64,000 bases of DNA from Gemmatimonas sp. (lineage in GTDB: Bacteria; Gemmatimonadota; Gemmatimonadetes; Gemmatimonadales; Gemmatimonadaceae), in assembly GCA_965279375.1 (NCBI GenBank), contig OZ257156.1, forward strand, positions 1,472,001 to 1,536,000, read 5' to 3'. The notes under the pieces were generated by a model. That model did no database searches and was not told the origin of the DNA. It saw only the letters and a list, made by a program, of their open reading frames with translations. The translations under genes and the position numbers were made by a program. The stretch's first letter is position 1. Every line of letters starts with the position of its first letter. This document shows positions 20,217-29,376 of this stretch, piece by piece.

Positions 20217-21314
20217 ATGATGAACCGACGCCGCTTCGTTCGGGACACTCTGCTGGCGACCGCCGGCGTGTCCGCGCTGTCTCGTGCTGCACACGCGCAG
20301 CGATCAGTCGAGCACGCCACCCAGTACGCGGGGCACGAGATACAACCCGCGCCGCTCGTATTTGATCTCCACTCGCATCCCGGCGCCACCTTTCAGAAGG
20401 GGAGACCGGAGTACCAGGGTGATGAGGCGCACCGAAAGACCGTCGCCAGCATGCAGTCGGGCGGACTGACCGGCGCGTTCTTCAGCCTGGTGGCGGATGG
20501 GCCGCTGATCGAGCTCACGCCCACCGGTGTCATTACTCACGACGCGTACGCGAAGGGCCAGGCCGCGCGCGAGTACCAGCGGCAACTCGCGGATCTCAAG
20601 GCGCTGCTTGGCACGACCAGCGCATTCATTGCGACACGGGCCGCCGACCTGCCGCGCGCGCAGCGTGATCGTACGGTGGCGGCCTATCTCGCGTGCGAAG
20701 GCGGCGAGTTTCTCGAAGGCGATGCGGGACGTGTGGATCAGCTGTACGCCGACGGCGTGCGCTCACTGCAGCTGGTGCACTATGTGCCCAACGTGCTTGG
20801 CGATCTGCAGACGCAGCCGCGTCAGCACGGCGGACTGTCGGCAGCGGGCAAGGCGGTCGTCAAGCGGCTGACCGCGAAGGGCATGGTCATCGACGTCGCG
20901 CATGCGTCGTTCGAAACCGTGCGCGATGTGGCCTCGCAAACATCCGCACCGATCATTCTTTCCCACAGCATTCTCAAGATGGATGACTCGCGACTGCTCG
21001 CGGCGCGCGCCATCACGGTCGAGCATGCGAAGCTGGTGGCCAAGACCGGTGGTGTGATTGGCGCGTGGCCAAGCGGCTTCAACGCGAGCTTCGACGAGTT
21101 CGTCAGCAACACGGTACGGCTGATCGAGACCGTCGGCGTGGACCATGTTGGCCTGGGCACCGACATGGACGGCAACCTCAAGCCCGTGCTCGGCGACTAC
21201 AAGCAGTTGCCCGACTGGCTGACAGCGCTGAAGTCGAAAGGACTGTCAGCCAGTGATGTGGCCAAGGTGGCCGGCGGCAACATGCAACGCGTGCTGGCGC
21301 AGGTGATCGGATAA
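20217..21314 (+). CDS. Membrane dipeptidase (M19) family, Tat-exported
   Basis: NRRRFV Tat motif; DLHSH, CEG, IDVAHAS, LSHS, HVGLGTDMDG. Confidence 0.88.
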   Translation: MMNRRRFVRDTLLATAGVSALSRAAHAQRSVEHATQYAGHEIQPAPLVFDLHSHPGATFQKGRPEYQGDEAHRKTVASMQSGGLTGAFFSLVADGPLIELTPTGVITHDAYAKGQAAREYQRQLADLKALLGTTSAFIATRAADLPRAQRDRTVAAYLACEGGEFLEGDAGRVDQLYADGVRSLQLVHYVPNVLGDLQTQPRQHGGLSAAGKAVVKRLTAKGMVIDVAHASFETVRDVASQTSAPIILSHSILKMDDSRLLAARAITVEHAKLVAKTGGVIGAWPSGFNASFDEFVSNTVRLIETVGVDHVGLGTDMDGNLKPVLGDYKQLPDWLTALKSKGLSASDVAKVAGGNMQRVLAQVIG

Positions 21315-21350
21315 CGAGCTATCGGATAACGGGCTATCGGATAGCGAGCT
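21306..21350. repeat. 15-bp tandem repeat x3 (ATCGGATARCGRGCT)
   Basis: atcggataacgagct / atcggataacgggct / atcggatagcgagct between convergent genes. Confidence 0.9.
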
Positions 21351-22761
21351 ACTTGATCGTGGGCTGCGTGGAGAACGACTGCTCGATGTCGGCAGCGATG
21401 TAGGCCATCACGGCCATCACTGCGACGCAACGCTGTACTTCGGCGGGATCCAGCTTGTCAGGCGTATCTGCGTCGGTGTGATGGAACCAGAAATAGCGTG
21501 AGCCGTCCACGTTGAGCCCCATGCCCGGTACGCCCGTGGACATGATCGGGCCGATGTCGGCGCCACCGCCAGACGCTTCGATCTTGCTGGCGCCAATCGG
21601 TGCGAGCAGACTGCCGATCGCTTCGATCACGGCGCGCGCTGCCGGTGTGCCCGTGAAGCCAAAGCCCAACGGCGAGAAGACGCCGCCGTCCGATTCGATC
21701 GCCAGCTGATGCGTTTCCTTCTGATGCGCATCCTTGTACGCCGCGCCACCGCGACCGCCGTTTTCTTCGTTGGTCCATCCTACGACGCGAATCGTGCGAC
21801 GCGGCGTGAGTCCAAGCTTCTTGAGCAACCGAATCGCCTCCCACGCGACAACCACCCCACCCGCATCGTCCATCGCGCCCTGCCCTACATCCCACGAATC
21901 GATGTGGCCGCCCATCACCACGATCTCGTCCGGCTTCTCGCGGCCACGTAGTTCGCCCATCACGTTGGCACTCTCTGCATCGGGCAGCGTCTGCGCATTC
22001 ATCGTGAGCGTCACACGCACCTTCTCGCCGCGATTGATCATGCGGCGCATCATCATCGCGTCTTCGGCGGTGACGCTCGCGTGCGGAATCCTGGTCACGG
22101 TGGAGTCGTAGCTCATGCTGCCCGTGTGCGGCGTACGCATGCCGTACGGCCCCGCGGCGCGCGCGAGCGATGCCACTGCTCCGACCTTTGCTGCGGCGAT
22201 GGCTCCCTGCCGACGAAACGCGCCGTTGTAGCCGTAGTCGCGCCACTCCGCGTCGTACAACACGATCTTCCCCTTGGCTTCGCTCGCGCGCTGCGTGAGT
22301 TCATCGAAGCTGGCCACCACCATCACCTCGGCGGTGATGCCGCCCTTGGGGGTGGCGATACTGCCGCCGAGTCCGAGCATTGGCAACAGCTGCTTGCGCG
22401 GTGAGACCAGTTCGAGCGACTCCGCGCCGCGCACCCAATGCGGTACCATCACCTTCTCACGTTGCACGCGCTCGAGCCCATCCTTCTGCATCGTTGCGGC
22501 GGTCCAGGCGATCGCCTGCTCGAGTGCCGCCGAACCCGACAGGCGATGGCCGAAACGATCTGTCAGTTCGGCGATGCGATTCCAGGCACCAGCCGAGTCG
22601 GCCTGTGCGGCGGCGATGATCCGATTGGCGACCGCAGTGTACTTGGCGGGAATCGCGTCGGGCGCCTGCGCGGCCAGCGGTGACGCGAGCGTGTACAGCG
22701 GGAGTATGGCAACTGACAGGATCGCGGTTCGGCGTCCTGAGAGCGACAGAGGGCGGGCCAT
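21349..22761 (-). CDS. M28 family peptidase (carboxypeptidase Q-like)
   Basis: Signal peptide; GGHIDSWDVGQGAMDDAGG, TNEENG, ESDGG, FHHTDAD. Confidence 0.92.
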   Translation of the reverse strand: MARPLSLSGRRTAILSVAILPLYTLASPLAAQAPDAIPAKYTAVANRIIAAAQADSAGAWNRIAELTDRFGHRLSGSAALEQAIAWTAATMQKDGLERVQREKVMVPHWVRGAESLELVSPRKQLLPMLGLGGSIATPKGGITAEVMVVASFDELTQRASEAKGKIVLYDAEWRDYGYNGAFRRQGAIAAAKVGAVASLARAAGPYGMRTPHTGSMSYDSTVTRIPHASVTAEDAMMMRRMINRGEKVRVTLTMNAQTLPDAESANVMGELRGREKPDEIVVMGGHIDSWDVGQGAMDDAGGVVVAWEAIRLLKKLGLTPRRTIRVVGWTNEENGGRGGAAYKDAHQKETHQLAIESDGGVFSPLGFGFTGTPAARAVIEAIGSLLAPIGASKIEASGGGADIGPIMSTGVPGMGLNVDGSRYFWFHHTDADTPDKLDPAEVQRCVAVMAVMAYIAADIEQSFSTQPTIK

Positions 22762-22851
22762 GCGAGGTTCCGGCGTAAGGGACGAGTGGTGGCGTGCGGT
22801 AATCTCGGGCAAAAGCGGTTCGACGTCCAACCAATGGGAATGACGGTGCAG

Positions 22852-23340
22852 ATGCGAAGCGCGAGCGGGCGAAGGTGGACTGCGATGCTGTGTTTGGCAT
22901 TCATCGGATGTCGGAGCACCACTGAGGTCGTGGAAGACCCGCGGCTCTGTCCGCAGACGTACGAGTTTGGAAACTTCGGGTGCACCAGAGTGGTGGCGAT
23001 CGTCAGCGCTCCCACGACACCGCTCCCGTTGAGCTACCGCACGGACGTGCGCATGGTGCCGGCGCGCGCGAACAGCGGGTGGGAGGGAACGGCCGCTGGC
23101 GGTGTGGCCTTCGGTCCGGCGGTGCTCGACGCCACGCTGATGTTTCGTGCGCTCACGGGGGCCGCAGACACGCTTTCAGTGTGGATTGTGGCGCGTACGT
23201 TTGACCTCAGGCCTCCAATTCCAGTCGGCCAGACGCCGCCGCTCGCGGCAGTTGACAGTACGCTCCACCTGCTGCGTTTCGCGGCGGTGGGATCGTTCCG
23301 GCGCGTGGATACGGTGCGGCTGCAGCTTCGCGCGCCGTAG
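22852..23340 (+). CDS. Hypothetical lipoprotein
   Basis: Lipobox-like LAFIGC; fills the gap between genes; start uncertain (22834-22885). Confidence 0.5.
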   Translation: MRSASGRRWTAMLCLAFIGCRSTTEVVEDPRLCPQTYEFGNFGCTRVVAIVSAPTTPLPLSYRTDVRMVPARANSGWEGTAAGGVAFGPAVLDATLMFRALTGAADTLSVWIVARTFDLRPPIPVGQTPPLAAVDSTLHLLRFAAVGSFRRVDTVRLQLRAP

Positions 23341-23420
23341 CGCGTCAGTACCCTCTCGCGTCGACGGCAAGGTCAGTGCAGAATCAGGGCGAGCAATTCC
23401 CCAGCCCTGACCCTCGCCGC

Positions 23421-23834
23421 ATGCCCAGCATCTTCGACAAACTGAATCTCAAGTCGCAGACGGAGATTCTGGTGCTCAACGCCCCGGCGTCGTTCACGCC
23501 GCAGCTCGACGCGCTCGATGGGGTCAAGGTCCTGCGCAAGGCCACGTCCAAGACGCGCGTCTCGTTCGCCATGGGCTTCGCGTTGACGCAGGCGGAGCTG
23601 GATCGAATCTCACGCGATCTCATTGCCGCGTCCGATGCGGGCGATGTGATCATCTGGATTGCGTACGCCAAAGGCACGTCCAAGCGCTACACCAGCGAGT
23701 TCAATCGCGACTCGGGATGGACCGTCCTCAAGGACGCCGGCTTCGACACCGTGCGCATGGTCGCCATTGACGAGGACTGGTCGGCGCTCCGCTTCCGCCG
23801 CACCGCGCACATCAAGAACAGCGCGAAGTCGTAG
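23421..23834 (+). CDS. Conserved hypothetical protein (DUF3052-like)
   Basis: LVLNAP, WIAYAKGTSK, NRDSGW, VAIDEDWSALRFR. Confidence 0.8.
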   Translation: MPSIFDKLNLKSQTEILVLNAPASFTPQLDALDGVKVLRKATSKTRVSFAMGFALTQAELDRISRDLIAASDAGDVIIWIAYAKGTSKRYTSEFNRDSGWTVLKDAGFDTVRMVAIDEDWSALRFRRTAHIKNSAKS

Positions 23835-23867
23835 TCATCGCATTCGTAGTCATCCTCCGGAGGCACG

Positions 23868-24296
23868 ATGTACGAAGCCAAGACCAAGCCGACCAAAGTC
23901 AGTGTTGCCAGCTACCACGCCGCCATTGAAGACGATGAGCGACGGAAGGATTGCAAGGCGATCTCCGCGATCATGAAGCGTGTGACCGGATGCGCACCGG
24001 TCATGTGGGGCACGGCGATCGTCGGATTCGACAGCTATCACTACAAGTACGCCAGCGGACACGAGGGCGATTCCTGCGTCGTCGGCTACTCCTCTCGCAA
24101 AGGCGACATCAGCGTCTATCTGATGGGCGGCTACGAGGATGCCGAAGCGAAGGCGCTGCTCGCCAAACTCGGCAAGCACAAGACGGGCAAGGCGTGCATG
24201 TACATCAAGCGCATGTCCGACGTTGACCCCGCCGTGCTGGAGCAGCTCGTGGCGCGCGCGTACGCGATCACCAAGGAACGCTACAAGGGCAGCTGA
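23868..24296 (+). CDS. DUF1801 (YdhG-like) domain protein
   Basis: GGAGG RBS; MWGTAIVGF..YHYKYASG, LGKHKTGKACMYIK. Confidence 0.9.
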   Translation: MYEAKTKPTKVSVASYHAAIEDDERRKDCKAISAIMKRVTGCAPVMWGTAIVGFDSYHYKYASGHEGDSCVVGYSSRKGDISVYLMGGYEDAEAKALLAKLGKHKTGKACMYIKRMSDVDPAVLEQLVARAYAITKERYKGS

Positions 24297-24299
24297 GCG

Positions 24300-24653
24300 C
24301 TACAGCATCATCGACGGCGGCGCATTGGGGAGGCGGTTCTCCACGTATAGTCGCAGCACATCCTCGGCGGCGGGCAGATACGCCTCGATGGGGGGCAGTC
24401 CACCGTCGAGAAGCGGGCCCGTGTCGCGCAGCACCGACGCGATGCCATGCGTCAGCGCGAGCACGTCGCGGTCCACGTGTACGCACGCATCGAGCAGCTC
24501 CACCAGATAGCTCGCCAGCTCATCCGGCGTGTGCTCGCGCACGGAACGCCACCCGATGTGCTCGAGCGCGCGTGCGAGTGCCGGTGCGGCACCGCTGCTG
24601 CCAAAGCCAGTGTCCTCGAGGTATCGCGCGCGCAGCGCGTCGTAGCGGATCAT
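24300..24653 (-). CDS. Hypothetical protein
   Basis: Fills the gap between genes; -10-like TACATT 6 nt before the ATG. Confidence 0.55.
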   Translation of the reverse strand: MIRYDALRARYLEDTGFGSSGAAPALARALEHIGWRSVREHTPDELASYLVELLDACVHVDRDVLALTHGIASVLRDTGPLLDGGLPPIEAYLPAAEDVLRLYVENRLPNAPPSMML

Positions 24654-24706
24654 GCGGGGAATGTAGGCGAGCAGATCGGTCTGCGGCCCTTGACGGGATG
24701 TTGATG

Positions 24707-24725
24707 TGTGTGCAAGTTGGTTACA
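24707..24725 (-). promoter_or_regulatory. Rrf2 operator 1 (TGTAAC-N6-GCACACA)
   Basis: Reverse complement TGTAACCAACTTGCACACA, just downstream of a TTGACG -35 box (24690-24695) of the Rrf2 gene. Confidence 0.6.
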
Positions 24726-24769
24726 CACAAAGGATGTCGCTCGACCAGCCTGACACGCGCTCCCTCTCG

Positions 24770-25216
24770 ATGAACACTCGTTTCGCCGTCGCCGTCCATA
24801 TCCTCACCCTGCTGCATTCGCAGCCGGATGAGCCGGCCACGTCCGAGTACATCGCGGGGAGCGTCAACACCAACCCGTCGCTCATTCGCCGCCTGCTGTC
24901 GCAGCTGGCACGCGCCGGCCTGACGCGCTCGCAGATGGGCACGGGCGGCGGGGCGATGCTCAATCGCTCGGCATCCTCCATCACCCTGCTCGACGTGTAC
25001 CGCGCCATGGACGACGAAGCTGAGCTGTTCCCGATCCATCCCACCCCGAATCCGGCCTGTCCGGTTGGGCGGCGGATCGGGGATGTGCTGGAAGCGCGTG
25101 TCGAAGCGGCCGAACGCGCCATGACCGACGAGCTGGCGCGCACCACGATCGCGGATCTCACCGGCGACATCTGCCTGCCGGTGTCTTCGCAGCGCTCACG
25201 AGCGGCCGCGAGCTGA
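24770..25216 (+). CDS. Rrf2 family regulator (YwnA/SifR-like)
   Basis: RFAVAVHIL, SVNTNPSLIRR, ITLLDVYRA, HPTPNPACPVG. Alternative start at 24734. Confidence 0.92.
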   Translation: MNTRFAVAVHILTLLHSQPDEPATSEYIAGSVNTNPSLIRRLLSQLARAGLTRSQMGTGGGAMLNRSASSITLLDVYRAMDDEAELFPIHPTPNPACPVGRRIGDVLEARVEAAERAMTDELARTTIADLTGDICLPVSSQRSRAAAS

Positions 25217-25254
25217 ATTCTGCACGACCTCAACGACTTCCTTGCGCACTGAAC

Positions 25255-25273
25255 TGTAACAGAAACGCATACA
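25255..25273 (+). promoter_or_regulatory. Rrf2 operator 2 (TGTAAC-N6-GCATACA)
   Basis: TGTAACAGAAACGCATACA upstream of the quinone oxidoreductase; matches operator 1. Confidence 0.62.
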
Positions 25274-25342
25274 GACACCCGTACGCTCCTTGCATTCCGT
25301 ATCGACGCGCCACTCCTCACGACACAGACAGAGACACCAATC

Positions 25343-26188
25343 ATGACCATCGCGATCACCGGAGCCACCGGCCAGCTCGGCCGCCTCGTCGTTCAGCAAC
25401 TCCTCGCGCGCCAGCCGAAGGAGGAGATCGTCGCCCTCGTTCGCTCGCTGGATAAGGCCGCCGACCTCGGCGTTCCCGCGCGCCAGGCCGACTACGACGC
25501 GCCGGAAGCGCTCGGACCGGCGCTCGCCGGAGTGGACACGCTGCTGCTCATCTCGGCGAACGAATTCGGCAAGCGCATCTCGCAGCACTTGAACGTGATC
25601 GAGGCCGCCAAGCGCGCGGGTGTGAAGCGCATCGTCTACACGAGCTTGCTCCGCGCCAGCTCCTCGCCGATCAACCTGGCGGGCGAACACCGCGCCACCG
25701 AGGCCGCCATTCAGGCGTCCGGCATTCCGTTCACCATTCTCCGCAACGGCTGGTACACGGAGAACTACACCAGTTCGATCGGTGGTGCGCTGGCCGGTGG
25801 GGCATTCCTGGGCAGCGCGCGCGACGGACGGATTTCAGGTGCCACGCGCCTCGACTTCGCTGAAGCAGCCGCAGTGGTGCTGCTGACCGACGGACACGTC
25901 GGCAAGACGTACGAGCTCGCTGGTGATACGGCCTTCACGCTGCCGGAGCTTGCCGCAGAGCTCTCCCGTCAGGTCGGCAAGGAGATCCCGTATCGCGACC
26001 TGCCGCAGGCAGCATACGCGAAAATCCTGCTCGGCTTCGGTCTTCCAGAGGTGTACGCGGAGTCGATTGCCTCGTGGGATGTGGACGCGTCCAACGGCGC
26101 GCTCTACGAAGACGGCAAACAGCTCTCAGCGCTGATCGGTCGTCCGACCACGGCGCTGGCCACGGCAATCGCGGCGGCGCTGCCGTAA
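25343..26188 (+). CDS. qorB: NAD(P)H:quinone oxidoreductase, NmrA/SDR family (QorB/YtfG-like)
   Basis: IAITGATGQLG, LLLIS, YTSLL, ILRNGWYTENY, YELAGD, LIGRPTT. Confidence 0.85.
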   Translation: MTIAITGATGQLGRLVVQQLLARQPKEEIVALVRSLDKAADLGVPARQADYDAPEALGPALAGVDTLLLISANEFGKRISQHLNVIEAAKRAGVKRIVYTSLLRASSSPINLAGEHRATEAAIQASGIPFTILRNGWYTENYTSSIGGALAGGAFLGSARDGRISGATRLDFAEAAAVVLLTDGHVGKTYELAGDTAFTLPELAAELSRQVGKEIPYRDLPQAAYAKILLGFGLPEVYAESIASWDVDASNGALYEDGKQLSALIGRPTTALATAIAAALP

Positions 26189-26192
26189 AAGA

Positions 26193-26292
26193 CGCGCGCG
26201 GAGATGCCGCCGTGGCTGTCCATCGATACTTTCTGTGCGGAATGACGTGCCCGCCTGAAGTGACAGCCACTCACCTGGTATCTCCGCATGCG
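26193..26292 (+). other. Long imperfect stem-loop filling the intergenic region and covering the S9 peptidase start
   Basis: gcggagatgcc (26198-26208) pairs with ggtatctccgc (26277-26287); gtggctgtc (26212-26220) pairs with gacagccac (26262-26270). Confidence 0.55.
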
Positions 26293-28297
26293 CTCTTCGT
26301 TGCTGGTCATCGCTCTCACATCGGTGGCGTCCGCCACGGTCGTCGAGGCGCAGCAAGCCGCCCCCCGGCCGATTCGCTCCGGCGATCTCTACCGCCTGCG
26401 TGATGTCGGTGCGGGGCGCATCTCGCCCGACGGCGCGTGGATCGCGTACACGATCACCACGACCGATTCGACGAAGGACAAGAGCGACAGCGACGTCTGG
26501 ATGACGAGCTTCGATGGTGCGCGCACGTTACGCATGACGAGCTCGCCCGAAGGCGAAGGGAATCCGCGCTGGAGTCCGGACAACCGGTATCTGTCCTTCG
26601 TGTCGGGACGCTACGAATCGAAAGGTGGGCAGGTCTGGCTGCTCGATCGCGCGGGCGGCGATGCCGTGCGTCTCACCGATCTCAAGGGCGGCGTTGGCGA
26701 GTATGAGTGGTCGCCCGATGGCACGCGCCTCGCGATCGTCTCACACGATCCTGATCCCGAAGAGCTCAAGCCCGATTCGCTCAAGACCAAGAGCCCCAAG
26801 CCGATCGTGATGGATCGGTATGCGTTCAAGCGCGACAACACGGGATACCTCGATCGTCTGCGCGATCATGTGTACATCGTCGACGTCGCGACCAAGAAGG
26901 CCGTGCAGATCACGACGGGCGACTTCGACGATCAGTCGGTGCGCTGGTCGCCTGACGGTAAGCGCCTCGCGTTTGTGAGTGAGCGCAGCGGTACCGATCC
27001 GGATCGTACCAACAACTCGGACATCTACGTGGTCGACGCGGTGGCCGGTGCGACGCCGGTTAAACTCACCACGTGGAACGGTCCCGACGCGGGCCCGGTC
27101 TGGAGCCCCGATGGCCAGTCCATCGCGTATCTGCAGGGGAGCGAGCCGCAACTCTCCGCATACACGCAGAATACGATCGCCGTAGTGCCAAGCGCCGGTG
27201 GCGCACCGCGCTTGCTCGCGACGTCGCTCGATCGTGATGTGAACAGTCTGTCGTGGAGTGCCGACGGCACGTCGCTGCTATTCCTGCTCGGTGACGACCG
27301 TGCTGTACATCTCGCCACGGTGCCGGCAGCCGGCGGTACCGTCACGCGTATACTCGACGGGCGTCGCGTCGTGTCGTCGTACGACAAGTCGAACTCCGGT
27401 CGCATGGTGGTGAACACCGCGACCGCTATGCGTTCGGGCGAAGTGTTCGCACTCGAGAGCGGTGCGCTGCGTGTGCTCACGCACGTGAACGATTCCATCT
27501 TCACTGCGATCGCCGTCGGCAAGACGGAAGACGTGCAGTTCAAGAACAAGGATGGTCTAACCGTCGGCGCGCTGCTGGTGAAGCCCGCAACCTTCGACGC
27601 GAGCAAGAAGTATCCGCTGATGCTGCGTATTCACGGTGGCCCGAACGGACAGGACCAGCACGCCTTTTCACTCGAGCGGGAGCTGTTCGCGGCGAATGGC
27701 TATCTCGTGCTCGCGGTGAACTATCGCGGCAGCTCGGGACGCGGCCAGGCGTGGAAGAAGGCGATCTTCGCCGACTGGGGCAACAAGGAAGTGCAGGACC
27801 TGCTCGCCGGTGTCGATCACGTCATCGGCATGGGCATCGTGGACACCACGCGCATGGGCATCGGCGGGTGGAGCTATGGCGGCATCCTCACCGACTACAC
27901 CATCGCGACGACCACGCGCTTCAAGGCGGCCACCAGTGGCGCAGGCAGCGCGCTGCAAACCACGATGTACGGCACCGACCAGTACATCTATCAGTACGAA
28001 AACGAACTCGGCGCGCCGTGGAAGAATCCGAAGCTCTGGGAGAAGCTGTCGTATCCGTTCTGGCACGCCGATCGCATTACCACGCCAACGATGTTCCTTG
28101 GCGGCGAGAAGGACTTCAACGTTCCCATCGCCGGTGGTGAGCAGATGTATCAGGCGCTCAAGTCACTCGGTGTGCCGAGCCAGATGATCGTCTATCCGGG
28201 GCAGTACCACGGCATCTCGCGTCCGAGCTTTGTGAAGGATCGCTACGATCGCTATCTCGGCTGGTACGCCAAGTACCTGATGGGCATTACGCAGTAG
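26288..28297 (+). CDS. S9 family (acylaminoacyl/dipeptidyl) peptidase with PD40 propeller
   Basis: Signal peptide; WSPDG repeats; IHGGP, NYRGS, GWSYGG, D..VP, YPGQYH. Confidence 0.93.
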   Translation: MRSSLLVIALTSVASATVVEAQQAAPRPIRSGDLYRLRDVGAGRISPDGAWIAYTITTTDSTKDKSDSDVWMTSFDGARTLRMTSSPEGEGNPRWSPDNRYLSFVSGRYESKGGQVWLLDRAGGDAVRLTDLKGGVGEYEWSPDGTRLAIVSHDPDPEELKPDSLKTKSPKPIVMDRYAFKRDNTGYLDRLRDHVYIVDVATKKAVQITTGDFDDQSVRWSPDGKRLAFVSERSGTDPDRTNNSDIYVVDAVAGATPVKLTTWNGPDAGPVWSPDGQSIAYLQGSEPQLSAYTQNTIAVVPSAGGAPRLLATSLDRDVNSLSWSADGTSLLFLLGDDRAVHLATVPAAGGTVTRILDGRRVVSSYDKSNSGRMVVNTATAMRSGEVFALESGALRVLTHVNDSIFTAIAVGKTEDVQFKNKDGLTVGALLVKPATFDASKKYPLMLRIHGGPNGQDQHAFSLERELFAANGYLVLAVNYRGSSGRGQAWKKAIFADWGNKEVQDLLAGVDHVIGMGIVDTTRMGIGGWSYGGILTDYTIATTTRFKAATSGAGSALQTTMYGTDQYIYQYENELGAPWKNPKLWEKLSYPFWHADRITTPTMFLGGEKDFNVPIAGGEQMYQALKSLGVPSQMIVYPGQYHGISRPSFVKDRYDRYLGWYAKYLMGITQ

Positions 28298-28303
28298 CGA
28301 AGA

Positions 28304-28573
28304 CTACTTCTGCTTGGCCTTCCACGCCTTGTGCTCGACGGGCATGCACTTGGCGCACGGGTGATAGCCTGCCGCGATCGCCGTCGCTTCGTCGGCGAAG
28401 AACACACGCTGCTGCGCGTAGCCCGTGCCGGTGTCCAGCGCGCGACGCGCAAGTTTGCAATCCAGCCGGCCATAGCGCCGTTCCTTGCGGTAGCCACCGA
28501 AGGTGCCCGGGGTGGGGCTGGTGTATCGCGCGCCGTCGGCGCCGATGAGGAGATAGAGCTTTTCCGTTGCCAT
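28304..28573 (-). CDS. Stand-alone Ada-type metal-binding domain protein
   Basis: YGRLDC..., RVFFADEATAIAAGYHPCAKC. Confidence 0.82.
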   Translation of the reverse strand: MATEKLYLLIGADGARYTSPTPGTFGGYRKERRYGRLDCKLARRALDTGTGYAQQRVFFADEATAIAAGYHPCAKCMPVEHKAWKAKQK

Positions 28574-28689
28574 GCTGGAAATCTACTCACTGCCGGTCCC
28601 ATGCTGCACATCGGGCGCACAGCTCATGCACGGTCGGCCAGCCTCGACTATCGTTCGGCGATGATGCCCCCTCTCTCAATCACGCTGGC

Positions 28690-29376
28690 ATGAAGCCGCT
28701 CGAGCGGCTGGGTGAAGCCCGCACGCCTAACGGCACGGTGCTCACGTTGTACCGCCACGATGGCGCGTACCTGATCAAGGCGGACGGCGTGGAACTCATG
28801 TCCACACGCCGCCATCTGTCCGAAGATCGCCTGGCCGAAGTCGCCTGCGCGCCCTATCGCGACACGCCGCGCGCACGCGTGCTGATTGGTGGGTTGGGAC
28901 TCGGATTCACGCTGCGCGCGGCCCTGCGCGCACTCCCCGCCGACGCGGAAGTCGTTGTCGCCGAGTTGGTGGCCGATGTCGTTGCGTGGAACAGCAACCC
29001 GGAGTATGCGCTGTCGCACGAGGCGATGCAGGATCTGCGCGTGCGCATCGTGCACGACGATGTGGTGAATGTTCTGCGTGCGGACGCGGTTGGGTTCAAC
29101 GCAATCATGCTGGACACCGACAACGGTCCCGATGGCATGCTCATGTCGGAGAATGCGCGACTGTACGCGCAGCGTGGGATCGCGCTGACGATGAACGCGC
29201 TCCGTCCGGGCGGCACCATCGCGTATTGGAGTGTCGGCGACGATCCCAAGTTCGCTGGCCAGTTGCAGCATGCGGGACTCGCCGTGGAGACGCTGCGTGT
29301 GCGTGCGCACGACACGTCGGGGCCGATGCACACGCTGTATGTGGCCAGACCACGTGCGCGGAAGACGAGCTTGTGA
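28690..29376 (+). CDS. Spermidine synthase-like / SAM-dependent methyltransferase-fold protein
   Basis: ELMSTR, VLIGGLGLGFTL, IMLDTDNGP. Confidence 0.82.
   Translation: MKPLERLGEARTPNGTVLTLYRHDGAYLIKADGVELMSTRRHLSEDRLAEVACAPYRDTPRARVLIGGLGLGFTLRAALRALPADAEVVVAELVADVVAWNSNPEYALSHEAMQDLRVRIVHDDVVNVLRADAVGFNAIMLDTDNGPDGMLMSENARLYAQRGIALTMNALRPGGTIAYWSVGDDPKFAGQLQHAGLAVETLRVRAHDTSGPMHTLYVARPRARKTSL

Noticed and set aside
20155..20222. Head-to-head overlap of the HAD phosphatase and dipeptidase starts
   Set aside because: It depends on the upstream ATG at 20218; the family-typical start at 20155 removes the overlap.
21306..21350. Possible mini-CRISPR array
   Set aside because: The repeats are 15 bp and directly adjacent, with no spacers and no cas genes.
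28690..29376. Genuine spermidine synthase (speE)
   Set aside because: Short, divergent member with no speD nearby; only the fold can be supported.
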